Of a DNA stretch of 64,000 nt, positions 35,212 through 48,700 are shown piece after piece. The first letter of the stretch is position 1, and every line of letters begins with the position of its first letter. The notes under the pieces are model-generated. The model was given only the letters and a program-made list of their open reading frames with translations, had not been told where the DNA came from and did no database searches. Position numbers and translations under genes: made by a program. The stretch comes from Macrostomum hystrix (lineage: Eukaryota > Animalia > Platyhelminthes): NCBI GenBank assembly GCA_950097015.1, contig CATNEN010000039.1, positions 10,726,001 to 10,790,000 on the forward strand, given 5' to 3'.

Positions 35212-35675
35212 CTCTGAAACTAACGGTTTAGAGTCAGAAAGTAACGCTTTATATATATATGTATCAAGCCACGTTTTTAAGTGAGAAACTAACGCTTTAG
35301 AGTGAGAGCCTACCTTTAAGTAATAGTAACTAACGCTTTATAAACTAACGATTTAGAGTAAGAAACGAACGTTCTGAAGTAGGAAAGTAACACTTTGAGT
35401 AAAAAAGTCACGCCTTCAAGAAACTAACGCTTATGTGCGACAAACTAGCGCTTTGGAGAGAGAAACTAACGCTTATGTGCGACAAACTAGCGCTTTAGAG
35501 AGAGAAACTAACGCTTATGTGCGACAAACTAGCGCTTTGGAGAGAGAAACTAACGCTTATGTGCGCCAAACTAGCGCTTTGGAGAGAGAAACTAACGCCT
35601 TTGAGTAAAAAATGCTTTAGATAAAAACTATACGTAGAGTGATAAAGTAACGCTTCTTGTCTTGAAAGCTAACGT
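35212..35675. repeat. Degenerate repeat built on GAAACTAACGCTT, including a 42-bp perfect block
   Basis: Visible immediately after the stop codon at 35210. Confidence 0.8.
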
Positions 35676-36469
35676 AATAGTTTTTTTTAGTTTACTGCTT
35701 TTAAATTCTACATTTTATAGAAATGAATATGCAAACTATTTAGTCTCATACAACTATTTCTAGTCATTTGTGATTTTTTTAATTTCCTTTATCATGGTTT
35801 GTCATGTGATTTGAGCACGCATGAGCACAAACAAGCATAGTCATGCACTCTCCAAGGATACTTTTCAATATCTAATTCGCATTCCAGGTTATTATATTAT
35901 TCGTACTAATACTATGACTAAATTATTTTATAAATTTTGTGTCTAATTATGTTCTAAAAGCACCCACCTGCTGTGTCTGTTGCGCACCAATGCTTTCTAG
36001 TATTTCCGATTGCTGCTTTTCAACAAAGTTATCTTTTATTTCTTCATTTTTGTCTGTTCCGTTTTAGAATCGACTTTTAAGTTATATAATATTAGCCACA
36101 TATTTATTTAAGCCGTTAAACTATATATTTAAGTCTTATTCAATTTTATTATGTTTACAAAACAATTTCATTTATTAAGCAGTATTACTATTGTTGTTTC
36201 TATTATTATAACAAATAGTTGCGTTCAATACAAATGTAAGTCTTTTAGCACTTTAATTTCCGTGGTTGCTTTTAGAGGCACCTCTTGAAAAGGAAGTGCT
36301 CAAAAGAATCCATTTCCGTTTCACGATAGTTGACATTTTTATTGCATACGACTTAAAATTCCACAGAAAAATCCTAATTATAACAGAAAGTTAAAATATG
36401 ATATACGAGCTATAAATAGAAAATCCCAGCTCAAATCTCAAACAGAAGTCTTTGAGTCTAACCGAAAAA

Positions 36470-36730
36470 TCTCAATTCTCACCCAATAGTCTCAAATATT
36501 ACCTGCAATAGTCTAGAATCTCACCCGATAGGCCCAAATCTCACACAATAGTCTCAAATCTCACACAATAGTCTCAAATCTCACACAATAGTCACAAATC
36601 TCACCCAATAGTCACAAATCTCACCCAATAGTCTCAAATCTCACACAATAGTCTCAAATCTCACACAATAGTCACAAATCTCACCCAATAGTCACAAATC
36701 TCATCCAATAGTCACAAATCTCACCCACAG
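36470..36730. repeat. 20-bp minisatellite TCTCACMCAATAGTCWCAAA ending at a likely acceptor upstream of PPIP5K
   Basis: Visible array; the last unit reads tctcacccacag. Confidence 0.92.
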
Positions 36731-36776
36731 CCCTTTCATTGACTTGATTCAGCGAAAGTCCGGCCGAAAACTCGAA

Positions 36777-39700
36777 ATGCTAGCGCCGCAATTGACGGAC
36801 GGCGGCAGAAGCAGCGGCTCTCGCAGCGCCATCGTCCTCGGACTGTGCGCGATGGCCAAGAAGGCAAAGTCGAAGCCGATGAAGGCCATCCTGACCAGGC
36901 TGCACAAATTATCCCACATCCGCATCGTGGTGTTCGAGGAGAGGGACATCCTCGAGGAGCCGATCGAATCCTGGCCGAAGGTGGACGCGCTGATTTCATT
37001 CTACTCGCACGGCTTCCCATTGGAGAAGGTCGTCGAATACGCCGAGCTCAGGCGGCCGTTTCTGATCAACGATCTGCTGTCACAGCGGCTGCTGATGGAC
37101 AGGCAGAAGGTAGGTGCACGGCCATTGTGGATTTGCCAACTGTGTCACCCGTAATCCAGTCTGTAGGCTGTCACCCGCCATCCAGTCTGTAGGCTGTCAC
37201 CCGCCATCCAGTCTGTAGACTGTCAACCGTCATCTAGTCTGTAGGCTGTCAACCGTCATCTAGTCTGTAGGCTGTCACCCGCCATCCAGTCTGTAGGCTG
37301 TCACCCGCTCATCCAGTCTGTTGGCTGTCACCCGCCATCCAGTCTGTAGGCTGTCACCCGCCATTCCAGTCTGTTGGCTGCCACCCGCTCATCCAGTCTG
37401 TAGGCTGCCACCCGCCATCCAGTCTGTTGGCTGCCACCCGCCATCCAGTCTGTTGGCTGCCACCCGCCGTTGCAACTTCAGACACCCTCCTTCCGCAGGT
37501 CTACGAGCGTCTTCGCGAGCTGGACATCCCCGTAGTTCGCCACGCTGTCTGTCATCGCGACGCATCCGCTGAGGAGGCCACAATGGGTGGCTGCAGCGAC
37601 TCCGACTTCCTGATTGAGGCTGAGGATCACATTGTGCTGCACGGAGTGACATTCAACAAGCCGTTTGTAGAGAAGCCCCTTGACGCTGACGATCACAACA
37701 TCCGCATCTACTTCCCTAGCGCCGCTGGCGGCGGCTCAGTCAGCTTATTTCGAAAGGTTGGCAACTGCAGCAGCGTCTACTATCAGCAGCAGAGCCGGGT
37801 TAGGCGCCGGGGAAGCTTCGTCTACGAGGACTTCATGGTCACCGACGGCACCGACATCAAGGTGCGGCTTCTACTGAAGTGTAATCCTCATCTAGCTAGT
37901 GTAATCCTCATCTAGCCAGTGTAATCCTCATATGGTCCTGATCTAGTGTAAATTATACTATAGCAAAATTCTGATCGATTGCAATCCTGATTTAGTGTAA
38001 TAATTGATTATATATATAAACTAATGCAATATGTATCAATTTCTTGAGCAAATGAAGCTAACGCATGTTATAACTTAACAGTTTGTTTTGACTGCTAGCT
38101 GAAAATTATGTTTGGGTTCGCTGAGCCTGGGGTGCTATTGATAAGGGAAATTGTAGCCAACTGACGATAATATATGCTATTTTTGCCTAGTTTTTTTAAT
38201 ACATTTTACCATCATTATCAAACTAACATACATTATACCCTAAGGTAGTTAAAAGCTGTGCACGGTTCTGAACATATCCTGACCACTCACTGAACTAAAG
38301 CCTGAACACTCACTGAACTACAGCCTGAACACTCACTGAACTAAAGCCTGAACACTCACTGAACTAGAGCCTAACCACTCACTGAACTACAGCCTGAACA
38401 CTCACTGAACTAAAGCCTGAACACTCACTGAACTAAAGCCTGAACACTCACTGAACTACAGCCTGAACACTCACTGAACTAGAGCCTGAACACTCACTGT
38501 ACTAAAGCCTGAACACTCACTGAACTAGAGCCTGAACACTCACTGAACTACAGCCTGAACACTCACTGAACTAAAGCCTGAACACTCACTGAACTACAGC
38601 CTGAACACTCACTGAACTACAGCCTGAACACTCACTGAACTAGAGCCTGAACACTCACTGAACTACAGCCTGAACACTCACTGAACTAAAGCCTGAACAC
38701 TCACTGAACTACAGCCTGAACACTCACTGAACTACAGCCTGAACACTCACTGAACTAGAGCCTGAACACTCACTGAACTAAAGCCTGAACACTCACTGAA
38801 CTAAAGCCTGAACACTTACTGAACTAAAGCCTGAACACTCACTGAACTACAGCCTGAACACTCACTGAACTACAGCCTGAACACTCACTGAACTAAAGCC
38901 TGAACACTCACTGAACTACAGCCTGAACACTCACTGAACTAAAGCCTGAACACTCACTGAACTACAGCCTGAACACTCACTGAACTAAAGCCTGAACACT
39001 CACTGAACTAAAGCCTGAACACTCACTGAACTAGAGCCTGAACACTCACTGAACTAAAGCCTGAACACTCACTGAACTAAAGCCTGAACACTCACTGAAC
39101 TACAGCCTGAACACTCACTGAACTAAAGCCTGAACACTCACTGAACTAAAGCCTGAACACTCACTAAACTACAGCCTGAACACTCACTGAACTAAAGCCT
39201 GAACACTCACTGAACTAAAGCCTGAACACTCACTGAACTACAGCCTGAACACTCACTGAACTAAAGCCTGAACACTCACTGAACTAAAGCCTGAACACTC
39301 ACTGAACTAAAGCCTGAACACTCACTGAACTACAGCCTGAACACTCACTGAACTAAAGCCTGAACACTCACTGAACTACAGCCTGAACACTCACTGAACT
39401 ACAGCCTGAACACTCACTGAACAAGAGCCTGAACACTCACTGAACTACAGCCTGAACACTCACTGAACTAAAGCCTGAACACTCACTGAACTAAAGCCTG
39501 AACACTCACTGAACTAGAGCCTGAACTAGCTAGTGTAATCCTCATCTAGCCAGTGTAATCCTCATCTAGCCAGTGTAACTCTCATCTAGCCAGTGTAACC
39601 CTCATTTATCTAGTATAATCCTCATCTAGACAGTGTAATCCTCATCTATCCAGTGTAATCCTCATCTAGCCAGTGTAATCCTCATCTAGCCAGTGTAATC

Positions 39701-42700
39701 CTCATCTAGCTAGTGTAATCCTCATCTGGCTAGTGTAATCCTCATCTAGCTAGAGTAATCCTCATCTAGCTAGTGTAATCCTCATCTAGCCAGTGTAATC
39801 CTCATCTAGCTAGAGTAATCCTCATCTAGCTAGTGTAATCCTCATCTAGCCAGTGTAATCCTCATCTAGCCAGTGTAACTCTCATCTAGCCAGTGTAACC
39901 CTCATTTATCTAGTATAATCCTCATCTAGACAGTGTAATCCTCATCTAGCCAGTGTAATCCTCATCTAGCCAGTGTAATCCTCATCTAGCTAGTGTAATC
40001 CTCATCTAGCTAGTGTAATCCTCATCTGGCTAGTGTAATCCTCATCTAGCTAGAGTAATCCTCATCTAGCTAGTGTAATCCTCATCTAGCCAGTGTAATC
40101 CTCATCTAGCTAGAGTAATCCTCATCTAGCTAGTGTAATCCTCATCTAGCTAGTGTAATCCTCATCTAGCTAGTGTAATCCTCATCTAGCCAGTGTAACC
40201 CTCATTGATCTAGTATAATCCTCATCTAGACAGTGTAATCCTCATCTAGCCAGTGTAATCCTCATCTAGCCAGTGTAATCCTCATCTAGCCAGTGTAATC
40301 CTCATCTAGCCAGTTTAATCCTCATCTAGCCAGTGTAACCCTCATCTAGCCAGTGTAATCCTCATCTAGCCAGTGTAATCCTCATCTAGACAGTGTAATC
40401 CTCATCTAGCTATTGAAATCCTCATCTAGCTAGTGTAATCCTCATCTAGCTAGTGTAATCCTCATCTAGCTAGTGTAATTCTCATCTAGCTATTGAAATC
40501 CTCATCTAGCTAGTGTAATCCTCATCTGGCTATTGTAATCCTCATCTAGCTAGAGTAATCCTCATCTAGCTAGTATAATCCTCATCTAGACAGTGTAATC
40601 CTCATCTAGCCAGTGTAATCCTCATCTAGCCAGTGTAATCCTCATCTAGCCAGTGTAATCCTCATCTAGCTAGTGTAATCCTCATCTGGCTAGTGTAATC
40701 CTCATCTAGCTAGAGTAATCCTCATCTAGCTAGTGTAATCCTCATCTAGCCAGTGTAATCCTCATCTAGCTAGAGTAATCCTCATCTAGCTAGTGTAATC
40801 CTCATCTAGCTAGTGTAATCCTCATCTAGCTAGTGTAATCCTCATCTAGCCAGTGTAACCCTCATTGTTCTAGTATAATCCTCATCTAGACAGTGTAATC
40901 CTCATCTAGCCAGTGTAATCCTCATCTAGCCAGTGTAATCCTCATCTAGCCAGTGTAATCCTCATCTAGCCAGTGTAATCCTTCTCTAGCCAGTGTAACC
41001 CTCATCTAGCCAGTGTAATCCTCATCTAGCCAGTGTAATCCTCATCTAGACAGTGTAATCCTCATCTAGCTATTGAAATCCTCATCTAGCTAGTGTAATC
41101 CTCATCTAGCTAGTGTAATCCTCATCTAGCTAGTGTAATTCTCATCTAGCTATTGAAATCCTCATCTAGCTAGTGTAATCCTCATCTAGCTAGTGTAATC
41201 CTCATCTAGCCAGTGTAATTGTCATCTAGACAGTGTAATCCTCATCTAGCTATTGAAATCCTCATCTAGCTAGTGTAATCCTCATCTAGCTAGTGTAATC
41301 CTCATCTAGCTAGTGTAATCCTCATCTAGCTAGTGTAATCCTCATCTAGACAGTGTAATCCTCATCTAGACAGTGTAATCCTCATCTAGCCAGTGTAATC
41401 CTCATCTAGCCAGTGTAATCCTCATCTAGCCAGTGTAATCCTCATCTAGGCAGTGTAACCCTCATCTAGCCAGTGTAATCCTCATCTAGCTAGTGTAATG
41501 CTCATCTAGACAGTGTAATCCTCATCTAGCTATTGAAATCCTCATCTAGCTAGTGTAATCCTCATCTAGCTAGTGTAATCCTCATCTAGCTAGTGTAATC
41601 CTCATCTAGCCAGTGTAATCCTCATCTAGCCAGTGTAATCCTCATCTAGCTAGTGTAATCCTCATCTAGCTAGTGTAATCCTCATCTAGCTAGTGTAATC
41701 CTCATCTAGCTAGTGTAATCCTCATCTAGCTAGTGTAATCCTCATCTAGCTAGTGTAATCCTCATCTAGCCAGTGTAATCCTCATATGGTCCTGATCTAG
41801 TGTAATTATACTATAGCAAAATTCTGATCGATTGCAATCCTGATTTAGTGTAATAATTGATTATATATATAAACTAATGCAATATGTATCAATTTCTTGA
41901 GCAAATGAAGCTAACGCATGTTATAACTTAACAGTTTGTTTTGACTGCTAGCTGAAAATTATGTTTGGTTTCGCTGAGCCTGGGGTGCTATTGATAAGGG
42001 AAATTGTAGCCAACTGACGATAATATCTGCTATTTTTACCTAGTTTTTTAAAATACATTTTACCATCATTATCAAACTAACATACATTATACCCTAAGGT
42101 AGTTAAAAGCTGTGCACGGTTCTGAACATGTCCTGACCACTCACTGAACTAAAGCCTGAACACTCACTGAACTAAAGCCTGACCACTCACTGAACTAAAG
42201 CCTGAACACTCACTGAACTACAGCCTCAACACTCACTGAACTACAGCCTGAACACTCACTGAACTAGAGCCTGAACACTCACTGAACTACAGCCTGAACA
42301 CTCACTGAACTACAGCCTGAACACTCACTGAACTAAAGCCTGAACACTCACTGAACTACAGCCTGAACACTCACTGAACTACAGCCTGAACACTCACTGA
42401 ACTACAGCCTGAACACTCACTGAACTAGAGCCTGAACACTCACTGAACTACAGCCTGAACACTCACTGAACTACAGCCTGAACACTCACTGAACTAGAGC
42501 CTGAACACTCACTGAACTACAGCCTGAACACTCACTGAACTACAGCCTGAACACTCACTGAACTACAGCCTGAACACTCACTGAACTACAGCCTGAACAC
42601 TCACTGAACTAGAGCCTGAACACTCACTGAACTAAAGCCTGAACACTCACTGAACTAAAGCCTGAACACTCACTGAACTAAAGCCTGAACACTCACTGAA

Positions 42701-45700
42701 CTACAGCCTGAACACTCACTGAACTAGAGCCTGAACACTCACTGAACTACAGCCTGAACACTCACTGAACTACAGCCTGAACACTCACTGAACTACAGCC
42801 TGAACACTCACTGAACTAAAGCCTGAACACTCACTGAACTAAAGCCTGAACACTCACTGAACTAAAGCCTGAACACTCACTGAACTACAGCCTGAACACT
42901 CACTGAACTACAGCCTGAACACTCACTGAACTACAGCCTGAACACTCACTGAACTACAGCCTGAACACTCACTGAACTACAGCCTGAACACTCCCTGAAA
43001 TACAGCCTGAACACTCACTGAACTACAGCCTGAACACTCACTGAACTACAGCCTGAACACTCCCTGAAATACAGCCTGAACACTCACTGAACTACAGCCT
43101 GAACACTCCCTGAACTACAGCCGGAACACTCACTGAACTACAGCCTGAACACTCACTGAACTAAAGCCTGAACACTCCCTGAACTACAGCCTGAACACTC
43201 ACTGAACTAAAGCTTGAACACCCACTGAACTAAAGCCTGAACACTCACTGAACTACAGCCTGAACAGTCACTGAACTAAAGCCTGAACACTCCCTGAACT
43301 ACAGCCTGAACACTCCCTGAACTACAGCCTGAACACTCACTGAACTACAGCCTGAACACTCACTGAACTAAAGCCTGAACACTCACTGAACTAGAGCCTG
43401 ACCACTCACTGAACTAGAGCCTGAACACTCACTGAACTAAAGCCTGAACACTCACTGAACTAGAGCCTGAACACTCACTGAACTAGAGCCTGAACAGTCA
43501 CTGAACTAAAGCCTGAACACTCCCTGAAGTAAAGCCTGAACGAAACCCTGTGCTAAGCCCTGAACAATCCCTAACCTATTGCTTATGAAGGCTATTAAAC
43601 CTTAATCCAAGCTCACTCAAACCAACAAATCAGGTGTATGCAATCGGTGGCGACTACGCCCATGCCGAGGCGCGCAAGTCGCCAGCGCTGGACGGCAAAG
43701 TCGAGCGCGACCCGGAGGGCAAAGAGATGCGCTGCCCGGTGATTCTCACCGCTAGAGAGAAAATCATCGCCAAAAAAGTGGTGGAAGCTTTTAGCCAGAC
43801 TGTCTGCGGCTTCGACCTGCTGCGCGCCAACGGCATCTCCTACGTGTGCGACGTCAACGGATTCAGCTTCGTGAAGAGCTCCAACAAGTACTACGACGAT
43901 TGCGCGTACATCTTGGCCGCCCTCCTCACCCAGGCCATCGCGCCTTCGCTGTCGCTATCTCTCAGCTGTCCCAGCATGGACCAGCCGCCGCTGGTTCGAA
44001 CAACCTTTGGCACGGTGATGGAGCTGCGCTGCCTCATTGCAGTGATCCGGCATGGCGATAGGACGCCAAAGCAGAAACTGAAAACTCCGGTTTTTCACAC
44101 GAATTTCTATAGATTGTTTAATCAGCACAGAGGCGTAGGCTGCTGTCGCTGGTTCGAGGCCAAGTTAAAAAAGCCGGCCGCGCTGCAGGAGCTGCTGAAT
44201 GCCGCGAGGGACATTCTGCTGCATGGTGGAGTCGGTGGTGGCGACGTTGTCGACGGCCCGCCTCCAAGTGAGGACAGAGCCAGCATGGAGCAGGTGGGCC
44301 GAATGAGATTTTCGAAATCTAAATTTAGAAACATGATTTTAGTATCTAAATTTAGAAACATGATTTAGTAACTAAATTTAGAAACATGATTCAGTATCTA
44401 AATTTAGAAACATGATTCAGTATCTAAATTTAGAAACATGATTCAGTATCTAAGTTTAGCAACATGATTCAGATTCTCTTCGCTTGATCGATTCTACTAA
44501 ATAGACGTAAATATTTCAGAGGTCTAGATGTACGACATTTTTTATCTCTTGTATCTTGCGACTAATGTGGTTAACCCCTCTCCCATACTATCACAATGTC
44601 GCAGGTGCGCCAGGTGCTAGAAATGCACGGCCGTTTTCGTGGCATTAACCGCAAGGCGCAGCTAAAATTCTACCCGGCCGCCGGAATGGACGCGGCGATG
44701 GCCGGATCGGAGGTTGATCCAGCGCACGGCCAGCTGCTGCTGGTGCTGAAGTGGGGAGGCGCCCTCACTGACCTGGGCCGTTCTCAAGCTGAGAAACTTG
44801 GCAGGGCGTTCAGGTAGCATTGTGGCTGTGTGGTAGCATTGTGGCTGTGTGGTAGAATTGTAGCTGTGTGGTAGCATTGTGGCTGTGTGTTAGCATTGTG
44901 GCTGTGTGGTAGCATTGCGGCTGTGTGGTAGCATTGTAGCTGTGTGGTAGCATTGTGGCTGTGTGGTAGCATTGTAGCTGTGTGGTAGCATTGTGGCTGT
45001 GTGGTAGCATTGTGGCTGTGTGGTAGCATTGTAGCTGTGTGGTAGCATTGTAGCTGTGTGGTAGCATTGTAGCTGTGTGGTAGCATTGTAGCTGTGTGGT
45101 AGCATTGTGGCTGTGTGGTAGCATTGTGGCTGTGTGGTAGCATTGTGGCTGTGTGGTAGCATTGTGGCTGTGTGGTAGCATTGTGGCTGTTTCTCAGTTT
45201 CCGCTCAGTAGCAAATGGGTCGCTTATATCGGCAACGGATTATGCGTGAAGGAAGTGGCGCAGAGGGAATTTAGTAAGAAGGCTTAACATGAGGCGCACG
45301 GCTAGGAATATATAAAAGCAGTCTTTTCCCTTGCCTCCCAATATCGGATTTCCGAGTTGTCCCTTTAGCCCTAAATCCCATCTTTAGCTAATTTCATGCC
45401 TCCTGCAGCCCTCTAAGCCTTCTAAAAGAAGATGACGCCGCTCTCTCTAGAAAAGTACTTTTTTAATATTGCTCAACCCAGGCTTGTTTCAGACAGTAAC
45501 AATTCTGGTTTGTTTCTTAGAATGAAGCCGGGATTTTTTATTTGACTTCGTAATAGGCGCAGCAAATGACAATTTTAGCGAAGTGTTTAGAACGTCTGAA
45601 TCACGTCTTAAAGGTCGGGGGTTCGATTTCCGACTCCACTGGGATAATTTGTGTCCTTTAGCAAGGACGCTTAACTCTGCTTCAGACCATCCAGCTGTTG

Positions 45701-48700
45701 AATGGGTACCAGCATTAGCTGGGGTAATTGAGGGTGCGTGTGGCGTCCCACCAGTCCATGGACTGGACAGCCCAAGTTATTTTTTGGCTTGTCTCTCCAT
45801 ACGGCTGCGAATTCTGGCTCCCTAAGGACCTTAGTGCAGCGAGAGACCAGTATAGTAGTGATAGAACGCTGCAGACTTACTTAACAACAATAACAACAAT
45901 TAACAACAACAGAAATAACAACAAAGACAAAAAAGACAACAATAACTAAATCTTCAACAACAATAACAATAGGGTGATCTACCCGGGCGGCGAGAGTTGC
46001 TCGCGGAGCGACGGCCTGGGCCTGCTGCGGCTGCACTCCACCTATCGGCACGATTTGAAAATCTACGCCAGCGACGAGGGTCGAGTACAGACAACGGCGG
46101 CCGCCTTCGCCAAAGGGTTCCTGGACCTGGAGGGCCCGCTGACGCCAATCCTGGTCCAGATGGTGAAGTCGGCCAACACAAACGGCCTGTTGGACTCTGA
46201 CAATGACTCGCGGCAGTACATGTCCGCAGTGAAGTCCCGCATTCAGGCCAACATGAGCGTCGATCGCGACTTCACTGAGGCTGATGTTCAACGAATCGCT
46301 CCGGACGGCGCTGCGGCTCTCATCCGGGCGATGTGCAACCTGGCCAATCCCAAAGCCGCCTGCCGGAACATGCTCGATGGCATCGCGGCTCTGATTGGCC
46401 GGCTGGAAGCCATGCGCTCTGAGCATCAGGAGAATGAGCTCAGCCAGCTGCCGCTGCTGCTCTACCACGGCGAGTCCGTGGACCTGGCGCTGGGCCGGTG
46501 GCAGAAGCTGATTAAAGAATTCTACAATCCAGTAGATGACCAGTTCCAACTGGCCAAGGTGAGACTATTCGTTTGCAAACCTGATGCGCTTGTACGGTGG
46601 GTCGCAGAGAGGCTAACGCGTTTGCCTCTCGCACCAAGGTTCCCGAGCTCGATTCCGGGGCTAGGCCACATTCATTTGGGGCGCAGCAGCGGAGAGAAGG
46701 CTTGGGGGCTTGTCGTGCAATTTACACCATTGAGGGCCAACCTCGAATGTACAGTGAGAATGTACACTGCATGTGTACAGTATCAGTGTGCGTGTGGGCT
46801 CAGGAGTCAGTGAAGAAATGGGCAGAACTGCCTCCTCGCTGTCTGCAGGTCTACTGTCACCAGATGATGTGCCATTGCCCGCAGCCCTCCTGCAACTATT
46901 GTTATTAATAAGTTTATGTGCTTACCCGGCCGTTTCTTAAAAGTGCTTCGTACAAAACAGTTTATCACCTGGATTAGCTATACCTAGACTAGTTTATCTA
47001 TATGGAGTTTCTTAAGAAACCCCGCCAGCTCGCAGCCGCGGAGGGAAGGCTTTTGTGGCTATCAAGTACCACTAGGAGTTGAAAGATGGGAAAATAGAAA
47101 AAGTTTCTTAGAAAAAGTTTAGGAGGCCGGTTTTCACAGAAAAATACACTACAGAGATTTTCACTTTTCTTCTGCACACATTTAGTGACTGTACTATTTG
47201 TATTTAATTGGACGCGAATCAAAAGCTCATCTTTTGATATGATTTTCCTTATTTATTGCTTCTTCGATTTCTGTTAAGCCTTTTTTGTGAAAAACATCGA
47301 CTTTATATTCTTTATATATTTCTATTTATATCGACTAATAATTATTATTACTGTAATCGACACTATTAAGGTGCCGGATATTTACGACAACATCAAATAC
47401 GATTTATTGCACAACGAAGCGATTTTCGACACGTGCGGTGCCACCGCTCGCCAGCTGTACTGTTTCGCCAAGAGCATGGCGGACATTGTTGTACCAAGCG
47501 AGTACGGCATTAGCGGCCGAGAAAAGCTGCTCATTGCTCAGCACATTTGCAATCCGCTGCTGAAGAAGCTTTTAGCCGATATGCAGTACACTAACGCCAT
47601 CGAGGTTGACGAGTCAGAGCCAGCAGGACGTCAGGACACAGTCGGCTTGTGAGCAGCAATTATTAAGATTGGGATAATCTCAGGCGGTGGAGCAAAGCAT
47701 ATTTGTCTCGACCAAATCCCTAAATCGGTGTGTGTTTTTAGATTGCCCAACCTGCACACTTTAACAGGTAGACCACGCTGGTATTGTAAATTTGAGAGCC
47801 ATCAAACATATGGCCAATCCATATGGTTTCAAAAAGGAAAAATTCACAATTTAATCAATCCTAAATAGTCAAAAATGATAGCCCACATGGTTTACATAAT
47901 GATATTTTTTGGATAATTTTCCCAATTAGCCGTGGCCGCGGAGCTTTGGAAGGCATTACTCACTTGATAAATCAGTGCCCTAGCAACAATTTGTATATTG
48001 TAATCCATTAAATCAATCAGCATTGATCCCATTTGCCCAGGGGATAAACTGCACTTAGCCTAATGATCGAGTCCTCCATTCTTATCCGAATCTCCTATCG
48101 CCCTTTCGATAGGTCTGGTACTCTGTCACTGGTACTTTTACAAAAAAAACACGTTTTCCCCATGGGGAGAATCTTTGAACAGGTCTTTCTAAAGGTAATG
48201 AGCAAGATGAAACTGGGGTTTTCCTCGCAAATGCATAACTACGAGTACATGAATATATACGTTAAGACTGTCACGTCCTGCTCACCCGCCGTTACTTTCC
48301 AGCCAGTCGCCGTCGCATGTCGAAGACACCCAAGTCAATCGGGGAATGTGAGTTGAAACTCGTGCTGCGAATTAGTTTAATAAAACCCTCTGTACTTTTC
48401 TTATTATTCAGTAGCTAATTAATAATTGTCATAATTGATTGCACCTGCCCCATTTGGGTCAGATATGCAGCCGACAGCACAGCCGCAGCTAATGCGCGGC
48501 GCATCTGAAGGCTGCGTACAGCTGTTCAGTCCATGGACTGGGGGGACGCCACACCCACCTTCAATTATCCCAGCTGATGCTGGTACCCATTTAACAGCTG
48601 GGTGAACTGAAGCAATGCAGAGTTAAGTGTCTTGCTTAAGGACACAAACTGTTCCAGTGGAGTCGGGAATCGAACCCCCGACCTTCAAGTCGTGAGTCCG

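Noticed and set aside
38278-43565. CRISPR-like appearance of regular short repeats (also 13655-14030)
   Set aside because: Units are contiguous with no unique spacers, there are no cas genes, and the context is eukaryotic.
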